NCBI GenBank assembly: GCA_012295275.1
Contig: CM022671.1
Location: 1,178,001 to 1,242,000 of the forward strand
DNA length: 64,000 nt
Direction of reading: 5' to 3'
DNA from: Chrysomallon squamiferum
Lineage: Eukaryota; Animalia; Mollusca
Below are positions 1-12,200 of this stretch, one piece after another. Position numbers and translations under genes: made by a program. The notes beneath the pieces are model-generated. The model was not told the DNA's origin, did not search any database, and saw only the letters and a program-made list of their open reading frames with translations. How positions within the stretch are numbered: the first letter of the stretch is position 1; each line of letters opens with the position of its first letter.

Positions 1-771
1 ATATTGTTTTGTGTGATCATAATTGAAATACAGTTTAATGTAGACATAGTGACATATAATTTAATTACATTTTACTGCTAAATATACTTAAAATGAAATA
101 ATAATCATATTAACATTTTGAACTAATTTCTATTATTTAAAATAAAAAAAAAATAAAAAAATACTACTACTAATAATAAAGGAAAGAAGAAGAAGAAGAA
201 GAGAAAAGTTAAATAACAAAATAAACAAATGATTAAATGTGTATTACAGAAAACATGATGATGATGACAGAAGTATAGTAAATACAGTTAGTCTGTTTGA
301 TCATACTATAACAAGGACATTTTAACAAGAATCAAAACAATAATTTGGAAACTAAACAAATTTTAGATAGCAACAGAGATGTCCTTTTTATGCACGAACT
401 GAGCTGGAAGAACAAGTTCAAGACCATTTATCTGTCAAGCTTGGAATTGGAGGTGATCGAGATTTCTGAATTTTTGGTTCATCTATCAGATCTTATCATA
501 TACTTAAGTATAAAATAAACACAAAAAAAGTAAAGCATGAACTTGTATTTAACAAATGGAAATGAATTAACTTCTACTGCCTATTTTCTGTAAGCTGGAT
601 AATTGATCTAGTACCTGTGTAGAAAATGTTTAATATTTTAAGAAAATAATTAATCTGTTTCTTTATACTATCACAGATTAACAATAAAAACAAACAAAAA
701 AAATACAAAATATTCACCTGATATTGTGTATGTTAAATAAATGAATGCTATTTACAGTTATAAATACTTGC

Positions 772-871
772 TTGCATGTGAGAGTGAAGTCTGTCTGAGT
801 GACTGGAGGAGAATTCACAAAACAAACACACAGCTTGAGATCCTGCTTCTTCTGTCCAGTCTGACCAATCA
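772..871 (-). CDS. ZNF277: ZNF277 exon 10
   Basis: DWSDWTEEAGSQAVCLFCEFSSSHSDRLHSHMQ. Phase 2 acceptor matches exon 9. The donor is probably GC-type (GCAAGT), so the 3' boundary is tentative. Confidence 0.88.
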
Positions 872-1338
872 CTGAAATTAACAATTTCTTAGCTTATTTT
901 GGTAATCATTATATATATATATATATAAAAAAACCTACCAAAAAACATTATGGAAAGAAAAAAAAGAAAATTCAATTAAACCTAGGTATACAAATTTTTA
1001 TGATGTTAATTCTACCTAAATCAAACTGTCCCTGAAAAAAAAAAAAAAAACATATTGTCTTTTTGTATGAAAAGCAAATTTAATTAAAAAGTAGTCTGGA
1101 AATGTCAGCCAGGATATCATTGACTGTGTTCAGTTTGATTGGTTCAAATTAAAATAAAATAAAACAAAGGCGAACAAATAAATAAGAACTTAATAAATTA
1201 AATAAATTAAATTATTAAATTAAATGATGAGGCATGAAACATTCTAATGACAAAAACTGTAGTTTCATGTGAAGCAACAATGCTGTTCACTGCAGAGTTT
1301 TAATTAATGGAAGATGTTTTGTTGAGAAAGAAACGGTG

Positions 1339-1393
<55 letters not shown>

Positions 1394-3415
1394 TGTCCTA
1401 AAAACAAGCAAATAAATGAATATTGGTTTATGAATAATAGTTATATATATATAATAAAAGAATAATAATAATAATAATAAAAAAAAAAAAAAAAAAAAAA
1501 GAAAAAAAAAACACAAAAAACCCTAACAAAACAACAACAGAAACTACCACAAAGATAAAATAAAAATGGTAATTAAAATATTGACCCAGTATAAATAATA
1601 TATGTTTTCCAGTGCTTCAACAAACATGTTACAGACCTAGTGTAAAACAAAATCTTTAAATATATTAGTAAGTTTACATTTAAAAATTTAACATTTTTCT
1701 TATACCATATTATATTAATTTAACCTAATTTTGGGGTTTCCTAAATAAAAAGGACTCAGGTAACTAATAAATAAATATGCATCAAGGTAAAACACAACAC
1801 AATAAATAAAAACGAAAAAACGACAGACAAAAGTTCAACTGTTTTTTTTCTGAAAGCTTTTCACGTGACATGAAAAATGAAGACATTCAAGAACATCGAT
1901 CTTTGAAAGTCACAATGAAGTGATACCAACAGAGTTAAACAAAAACACCTCAACTGACACATTTACAGAAAAAGCTGAATGGAATGGCTAATGCAAATCA
2001 GATATTTTTAATTCAAGCTTTTAAATTCACTTAGATATTTCTGAGACAAAGAGATATGAAAACAGAGATGTTTGTGAGAAGGTATTATTTTCTAAGGTTT
2101 ATATTCACAAGATGAAACTGCCATTAGATAATTCTTTGTACTTCTGGTTGTACATTCAGTGTAAAGATACTAAATGTGCACTTTAATGCATAAAATGCAT
2201 CAAAAGAAATTATCTTGTCAAATATCAACTGGTAAATGGAAAAAACGAAAGAACAAAAATACAGAAAACCTTAACCATTAATGTCATGTCATGTAGATTT
2301 ATTTCAAAGTTGATCATAATATTAACAGTATTCTTTCAAATATGTAAACCAATAAGTAGGTCACACAAATAGTTTCAAATTTGATTAAAAACAAAAAATA
2401 AAAAAATAAAATATCCTTTTAAAAATAATATTTTCATATATTTATATTTATACTTATTTTACATAATTTTATTTATTTAATTTTATTTTTTATTTTCATT
2501 AAATTTTATTTTCCCCCACATTTTTTCACTGATCATCCAATTTAAAATAAGGTATGTATTTTATTATCTTACATTATGTAAACACCTTTTGCAGGATAAA
2601 TAAAATGAACCAAAAAATAATAATTAAAAACAAAAATGTATTAAAAAATCAAAACTTAACAGTAATATATTGAAGCAAATAAAAGTTTCAAAATCTATGT
2701 TCCAAGTTAAATCATCTGAATAACAAGCTCATCCACACAAAAATCATCCTTCACATGATTTATATAAATTCTGATGATTTAAAATTATAACAACAACAAA
2801 ATCAACATCATATAAATTAACTTAAAACAAAGCAAATTAATATGAAGTGTAAAGGCCAAAATAAAGATTTTCCTTTCAATTAGAAAAAAAAGAAAAAAAA
2901 GAAAGAAAATAAGCACAAATATTTGGTTGCCAAGTAACCAATTTGTATTGTACCCACAAAAAGAAAAGATTTCAAATAAATATACATAGATCATATACAC
3001 ACACTAATCACTGGTTTACAGATGTAAACCTTGTTTCTAAACAACAAGCAGAAGAAAAAATAAATAAATAAAACTTAACATTTACCTTGGTTTCTATGTA
3101 ACAGTAAATGAGATTGAGTATAAGAGGTTTTATAACGAAGACTAATTTTAACTGCAACATTTCTTCATCTGAAACTTAGTCTATGATTAAGAAACAAAAG
3201 GAAAACATAAAAATAAAGCATTAATAATATAATGCTTCTAAAAAACAAAACAGAAGAAAAAAAACCCACAAAACAATTATAAACAATTTTGATTATATTT
3301 TACTTTTTTTTTTCTTTTTTTTTAAAGGTGTTTCCTAATCCTACTTGATTTAGACATTTCATCTCAGTGCAAGTTTGTATGAAGAAGTAAAACAAAAAAC
3401 CCTCCATATTCTTCA

Positions 3416-3509
<94 letters not shown>

Positions 3510-5324
3510 ATGCAGTATTCTCCAGCATGTTTTAATCCTGTCAAACTCATTAATGGTAGAACACATCATAAAAATTAAATGAAAGCCATTAGAATATATT
3601 CAGGCTTTTTGTTCATACATTAACAGGTAGACTTTAACAAAAGAAAATGCAATACTCTGTTTTATTTACCATTTGTCTAATACTCTGTAAAGTAACTTTA
3701 TATCATTTTAATTAAAACAGCTCTAAGCATTTGTTTGGCAAACAAAATCATTATAGTAAAACAGATGTCAGAAATAACATTTAATCTTGAATTACAAACA
3801 AAACTTCACGTGCCTCTGGATATTAATTTTGTTGTTTTTATTTCACTAATATAAAAGGATTAAATTAAAAATGTGTACTTTAGTAAGAGTGAGTCTATTG
3901 TTAAATCAACACTTCTAAAGCTGGCACAAATGAAAACTGATAAATGATAAGCAAGAAGTTAATGACAAAAAATAGTGTGAAATCAGATAGTTGCAGAGGA
4001 AATATAATTTAAAATGCAGAAATAGATGATGTATAATTATCTTGAAATAAAAGGAGAAGAAATAAAGTCAGGTTTATCCAATTACAACTAATGTTGACCT
4101 AAAGTGTTATGAATTATTAAGGCATCATTTAAATAGACATATCTGCTTATCAAAATTTGAATTATTGTTACAATTATTGTTCTAGTAACCTATGTCCGAA
4201 TTCAAAGATCAGAAAAGCTTTATTTACATGCATATAATCAGACATGAGAAATAAAAAATACTAATTCAGAAAAGTGAATCAATACTGTCAGTCAGGTTTT
4301 GGATAAATAAGTGAACATAAAAACATACAACAATTTATATACATCATTATCAATCGATTCTGCCTTCCTGTTTCTTAAACTTTAAGAATTTGGTAATAAC
4401 TTTCTAGTTTGTAATCAACTGATGGCAAACACTGAACTGGTAAGAAAACGTTCCTGATGTCTTTTTACACGACAGACAGGTGGAGTCTTGCAGATCAACT
4501 GCAGAGCAGTCCTCTATATGAGAAATCTATACTCTGAAATACACCGAGATTGGTAGACACAACTACCTGACAGCACAGGATAAATGTGACAGTTCATTCC
4601 TGGATTACAGTGTAACTACAGAAACTTCTTTGCAGAAGACAATTTTTTTTATTAACAGGGGAAAAGACTCGAGTTGCTATTTTCTTAAAGGATTACTAGT
4701 AAATCTTAATTAAGAACACCTTTATATTATGGGTTTTTTTTAACTTTTAAAAAAATGGAAAGTATAGTTTAAAAACACAAGGAAATCTTCATGCTGTGGA
4801 TACAAATGTTTATCATGTCGTGTAAAACCTTTTTCAACGTTTCGAAATAGTCAGATGTTTTGTCTCTTTCTTAAATATTCATTTTTGGTTAAGAAAAAGA
4901 TTTACCTTAAGGATTTGTTTTTAATGAAAAGGAATAATGGAGAAACAAATAATAATACATATTAAGACTGCAAACTTCAGCAATTCAAAAATTTCAGAAA
5001 GAGAATATTTAGTGGGCAAAATTGCTGAACAAAAGATGATTAAAAGGGTGAAAACATTAATTTAAAAAACAAAAGGAATTTAGGAATGTCTTTCTTTTTT
5101 ACAATGAAAAACATATTCTCAGAGCAAATGTCAAATGAAAGATACTTGCAACCTTTCTAATTTTGTGATGTAAATAGAGTAATATTCACAAACAAAATAA
5201 AAACAGTTAATGCTATTTAATTAAAGAAAACAAATTAAAAATCTCATGTGTTACAAAAGTGTAAATTAAATCCCATATTTTATCGCTCTTTTTAATTATT
5301 ATTTTTTAAAATGATTTCCTGGAA

Positions 5325-5356
<32 letters not shown>

Positions 5357-8300
5357 AATCCCTGTTTTAAAGCATGGAAAATATAACATCCAGTTGTGAA
5401 ATAAAATTCTACAAAGCTGAAGTTCCACTACTTACGGTAACTGCGACAATTGCCAACCTGGTGGCACTTATAACTCAGATTCGAATGTTAAAAAGCTTAC
5501 GAAGTAAAAATCTCTGGCTTCTCATCTTTCTCACCAGCAACGACTTGTTCATGTCGGTCAATCTACTCATTGATGTCATCATCAACACCATTACCTGCGA
5601 CCAATTTCATAACAACAAACTCTGTGAAATATTCGGCTGGTTTGGCATCAGCAGCTTCGGTGTCAGCATCTTTCTTATTCTCATCATCAACGTGGAGCGA
5701 TTTCTCATGATAGTTTTTCCAATCTACCACCACAAACATGTTACAACAGCCAAACTGGTCATTGCCCTTTCATTTGGAGAGTTCACCATCCTGACTTTCT
5801 TTGGCCTTCCTTTTGTTGGTGTAGGTTCACCTTACGTTTATTATAACAATAACAAATTATGCACTTTTAATTTGAGTGCTTGGGAAACTGGAAATCAGAC
5901 CCATGCTGTACTGATTCTGTTTATCGGGTTGTACATAACTGCTATTGTTTTGTTAGTTCTGGCTGTCAATATTGCTACCATCTACAAACTAAACCGTCGA
6001 AATTCAACAATTCAAAAACAAACTCACAGGTCAGGTCAAAGTATGGAAAATACTCTTAAGATGGCCAAAAAATTCTCTCTTTTGACCAAAGTGGTGGCAC
6101 TGGTTAACAGTGTCTGTACTCTGCCATTTTTTGTAAGTATTAAACATACTCTGAAATCACTGATATTTGTTTGAATTTACAATTACTTTTTACAATAATA
6201 TTTTTGTACAAGAAATGTAATTTATTTAATTATTAGTGGTGTATTTGTAATATTATTATTGTTATACATTTTTGTTATTACTGATATATTCTATTATTAC
6301 TAATAAGCAGTAGTAATATTAAAATAGCAGTATTTTCCTAATAATCAAAATTTATCTAATATATTTACTTATTCATTTTATTGTAAGAGATATTATATTC
6401 TGTTAAATTAATTCTGCTGTTTAAATATTAAAATTTATTTATTTATAAATACTGTTCTTTTTGCTACATTTCACCTGTTATTATTATTATTCAAAATTTT
6501 GTTAAAACGTGTTGCCTAGCACGAGTTTTAAATTGATTTACTGTAAAATCAGTTATTGTTTAATTAAATAATTAATTTTCTTTTTCTCCTTTATGTATTT
6601 AGAAAATAATAATTTCTGTTAATGATTTAATGAACTTTCAGTTGAGTTAATCAGTGTACACTTAATCAATATATAAGGTGCAGTTCCAGAACCATTTTAC
6701 AGATAGGAGGATTTAACAAAAGAATCTGTTATGAAGTTTACATTTTGTTTATCAAAATTATATTCATTATAACTGACATCAGTTCAGGAAAAATTGTAAA
6801 GTAATAGGCCTCAGGTCAGTATGTATTATAAACACATATGTACATATATATTCTGAATGTCTGCTGTATGAAATTTCATGGTTTTCAATTCTATTTTTAT
6901 TTATCAAATTTTAATCAAGAATAAGTCATGACTATTACAAATTCAGTTTCAGTATTAAAAAAAAAAAAAAAAAAAAAATAAAAATATATTATTATGGTTG
7001 TTTAATTTATTTTGTGAATAGAAAAATTAGACAAGTTCTGTGCAGACACTGGTTGTAGAAACTAAATTATTCACCTTCAGGTCCTGTAAACATGCAATTT
7101 TCTGTTTGGTTAATCAGTAAAGAACATTATGCTCTATTACTGCTGGGAAATGTTTTGTTTTAATGGGTTTCAGTGTGTGTGGTTTTATTAAAAGCACATT
7201 TCATCGACTCAAAAAGTAAAACAACGAGTCACTAGATTCAGTAATCCTAATTTTCTTATTTATGACCTTTTATCAGACAAAGATTCACTTAGACCATCAA
7301 TGCATCCAGATTGCATCATGCTTCAACTTTGTCAAAGTAATCATGGACCAGCACAATCTCTCCTTTATATATAAAAGGAAGCATGTCAATTATGCACAAA
7401 AAAACAAAACAATAAAATTTAATAATAAAAATAAATAATAAATAAATAAATAAATAAAAAATAAAAAAATAAAAAAATAAAAAATGAAATATCTTTTTCA
7501 AAATAAATGACTTATAAAGAAATTATTTACAAAACAACTATCTATTCATGAAGTTCCCTGTCTGTCATGAACATTTTATGTAATTCATGAATAAAATCAG
7601 TCAAGAATTCCACAATGTGAAAATACAATACACATATGACACTTTAACAGAATAATGTTTGCTTCTAGTTTTATAACTATATGTATTGTTCTCTTCACTT
7701 CACAACTTAAAATTATTATAAATAAATCGTGTTTTATGACCACATTTATGTTGATTTCACATATTTTTTCTTCTAAAATTATAATGTTTTGACAGCACAG
7801 ATGAATTTCAGAAAATGACAATATATTTTACCGTACTGCATTATTAACAAATTTGTCTCCTGTTTCACTGCCACATATTCTGTGTTATTGTCATTTATCT
7901 TTTCTTCTAATATTACAACTGTTTTGACAACACTGATGAATTTGGATGAGAATATAATATATCAACACTTTGTGAAATACTTTGCCTCCAAATATTTTTC
8001 TCATTCATCATTTTTCCTTCTTTTCACTACCTAGGTGCTGGTTGCATTGTTGAGAGACTATTGTTATTTTTGGAGCTGGCTGTAAACCTACTCTAGTAAT
8101 CTACCCATTAACAAGATTTATTAGTGAATGGTTGAAGTATGTCTTGCACACAACAGAGTAACATTAAATTACTTTTATGTTATGGTAGATACAATAAACG
8201 TGATTTTTATCTGAACGAAACTACTGTGTTGTTGGCAAACGACATACGTCTTAACCTAGCACATCCATTAAATCATTACCAGTGTTCTAAAATAAACAGC

Positions 8301-9061
8301 AACAATCATATAAATTAGACATCGTTAGCATTATGGTAAATTTTACTTTATGTGATGGCTGTTTTTGTTGTACTGTTGTTGTTTTTTTGTTTGGTTTTTT
8401 TTCATTTCATCCTCTTTTTCTTTACTTCTTTTATTGTTATAATCTGATTGCGATGTGTGGTAAATTTTTGTATTATTTTGTTAATTATGTGTATTTTTAG
8501 AAAATGTTACTGTTACATAACCATTATTACTATTACTGCTACTGTATTACAGAGTATTGTAATTTTATTAAATAGAAATCATAAATAAAATCAATATCTA
8601 CTAATATATTATTATACTAATAATCATTATTATGATTCTGTACATTTATAAATATTTTCTGTTAAGCTGATTTCAAGACACAAATAAGTTATATTTGTTT
8701 CTGTAAATATAAATAAATAAATAAACAAATAATCTAAATTAAAGTGCAATTACATATCATATTTTAATCAGTGACTATCTGAATTAAGAAAAAGTTTCCA
8801 GAAAATCAAAATAATAATAACTGCTGCTATGTAGTATTTAATACAGATATCTACATGTACACTAACAGATATAAGTTTCTAACATCACAGACCAGCTAAT
8901 GTGCCGCTGGACAAAGCAAGTTTGAAAAAAGGTCAAACTTATTTGTACATATATTCAAAAGACATTAGTTTAAAACAACAGGAAATGAAAAACAAAAGAA
9001 AACAGACAGAGAAAATCTATGTTGTTATCCTGCATTATTTTTAGAACAACCATTAGCATAG

Positions 9062-9101
<40 letters not shown>

Positions 9102-9227
9102 AAAATAAAATAGACGTTTTACAGAGAAAACATTTTAAGCATAAATGAATCTGTTTTTTAATTATCCATTATTTTTCTGAAGTTACAATTATCAAAAAAT
9201 CTTTTTATTAATTTTAAAAATGTTCTC

Positions 9228-9262
<35 letters not shown>

Positions 9263-12200
9263 ACAATAAAAAAAAATAATAAAAAAAAAATAAAAATAAA
9301 AATAAAATTATATAACACAAACAAAATAGACAAAGAAAAGAAAACCAATCCAGGATTAGGTCAGCATGTATTTTTATAAAACAGTTGCTGCATTATCTCT
9401 TTACAAAATCTTTATCTTACAACAATAGTGAACAAAACAAAATTGGGGACCATTTATTCAAACTGCTGTGGTAGGCAGTGTAACATCATAAAAACAGAAA
9501 ATGACTAGAAATCAAAAAAGAAAAATTTGTCCACACAGAAATTCTGTCTTTGTATTTCTTTAACAGCAATATTATTTCAAACATTTTTCATATTGATTGG
9601 TTTGTGTCCCTTAGTCTTTTTGGTTCAGTATATATACTTATTGATCTTAGCTCTTATTTTATGTCTGTTTATAGAATTCTTTCAGAATTTTTTTTTCCAA
9701 AAAGTTAACATAATATTAATTTTTTCTTCTTTTTCAATATACTAATGGTGCAAAATCTATTTCCAAGATTTTTTGTTAAAGTAAGGGATATATTGATCAG
9801 ATGAAATAATGATAAGAAACACAAACCAATCAATATGAAAAATAATTTCTTAAATTAATTAATTACAACTATGTGGTATGTTTTATAAAAATCCTTAATT
9901 TAATACAATAAACACACACACACACCAGATAACCCCATACATACACATTCACATGTATACTTTAAATTAAAGAAATCATTAGAGAAAATATGAACACAGA
10001 CTGTAATTTAAAATTAGCACTAAAGTTTCTATTTCTTATGCTGAGCTCTAAAACATGGTGTAGAAATGTATACACCCATATGTAAAATACTTCAAGCTGC
10101 AATACTAAATTTCAGTTAAAAAACACCCACATTCAAAAAAACCAGTTTATTCAACAAATCTCGAAGATTATTTAAACACTGCACTACATAACATCAATAT
10201 ACTTAAATTTTAGACCGCCAGTAATTTTGTTGTAAATGTACAGAATAAGAGTGTCTCTCAATATTTACACAACTGAAAACAAAACTGAGACATGATTATT
10301 GGTACATTATGCGTATTGTCTCTGAAAGATTGTTAATAGATTACTTGCTTTCTTAATGGATCTGAGAGTTCTTACAGGAAGTAATTTTAAAATGTATACC
10401 TGATAATAAGATTAAATAAAACAGTGATGCCCTTTTTGTACTTCTAAGTAAACTGCTTTATTTCTTGTTAAAATGAAAAACCTAAATATTTTTATATTCT
10501 TTTGTTATTTTCAAACTTTATTATTATTATTACAGAAATACTTTAAATAAATCTCATTGAACAAACAGTTCAGTAATCATATAAGCTTTCTAAATACATA
10601 TGTGTGCATTTATACCTTTTTTTTTCTCTTCTTAAATTAATTAATTTGTTCATTCATTATTATTATTATTGTATTTTTAAGTATTGTAATTTAAAAAAGT
10701 AAAATTTTATCTTTATTGCTAATGGAAGTGTGACATGTTACTTTTGATAGAATATATTTTATATTTTGAATAAATTACTGGATTTCTAATTTAAAAAGAC
10801 GTTTTTGGCATGTTTGTGAATAATGTATATTCTGTAATCTGTATTGCAAAAAAAATTATTAAGTTTTATTTCTTATAAAAAGAACTTAATTTAATTTCAT
10901 CTAATTTTTGAAATATTATTTCAGAATATATTTTTCAGTAAAAATTTTAAAATTTGTTTAAAATAATAAAATACTATATATATACATAATTTGTTTTCTT
11001 TAAATGTTGTAAAAGGCTGGTCCCTTTGTAAATTTTTTAGTTTTAATTATTTGGAATTAATAAATTTTTAACAATAAAAGATGCAGTTTCAATTATAAAA
11101 ACATTCAAATACATATACATTATAGGTATTACTATTATTTCATTTTTTAATTAATTATTATTATTATTATTATTCTTTTTGAATAGTGATATGCCTATGT
11201 TCCAAAAGTTACACACTTTACTGCATGTTTACATAACAAATTGTGTATGAGATATAAATATTTTCCATTACCTATGATTACTTTAATATCAGGAGTTGTC
11301 ATTACCTAATGATGGTCAGAACCTTTAGTGCTGGGTTTAGTTTTGGTTCAAAGAACTTAAACTTGAAGAATGTTACATCATCTCATCTCACACATGCACA
11401 CAAATAAAGAAAAACTATTAATATGCATTTCAGCTTAAAGGGAACAACTAAATAATGAAGTAAGGGTGGTCTAACATTAGTAGTATTAGCAGCAGCATAA
11501 GTAATAGTAGTAGTAATAGTCAAAGTGATAGTAATGGTGGTATGGTAGTAGTAATGATTTATAATCAGCTATAAAGTACATCTGACATGTAATAGCTGAG
11601 GTGTTTTTTTAGCTATGTTGTTAAACATCCATGAGTGGAATATTATTAGAACATGACAATTAAAATAAAAAAGTTTAATATTGATATTTCTACTGAGAAA
11701 TGTTAATTATGTGAACTGTATTCAAAATTAATTTTTAATTATTTTTAAATTTCATTTTTTGATTCAGGCTTCTTTGATTCGATAACTGGCACAAAAACTA
11801 ACATCATATTATTTATTTTTTTATCTTTCTTAATATAAATCAAATATATTTTCTATGATATGATTATTAACAAAATATTTATAATATTATATCATTTAAC
11901 AAATCGTTTTTAAAATTTTTGTTAGGTACTATCTCTTGAATCATTGTATAAATTTCTCATACTGCTCTATCCATACTGTTAAACACATTTTTTATTTTAT
12001 TTTATTTTATTAATAACATGTTTTACCAAGAATAGATTTTTCCTGTGTCCTATTTCCTAAGTTTAACAATAATTTCCTTCTTAATAACTTTCTCTGCTGT
12101 ATTTATGGTATTTGTAACATGTGAACTATGGTGACACTCTAATACTGAATCATTTTGTTTCAGATAAACCTTATTTTCAATTATATAATTATGACAAATG

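Noticed and set aside
365-510. Exon-like complex sequence on the plus strand
   Set aside because: No recognisable homology in any frame and no match to the expected next ZNF277 exon.
1304-3578. Short hydrophobic or low-complexity ORFs here and throughout the track
   Set aside because: Derived from poly-A/T, (TAA)n, (TG)n and (TTTA)n tracts.
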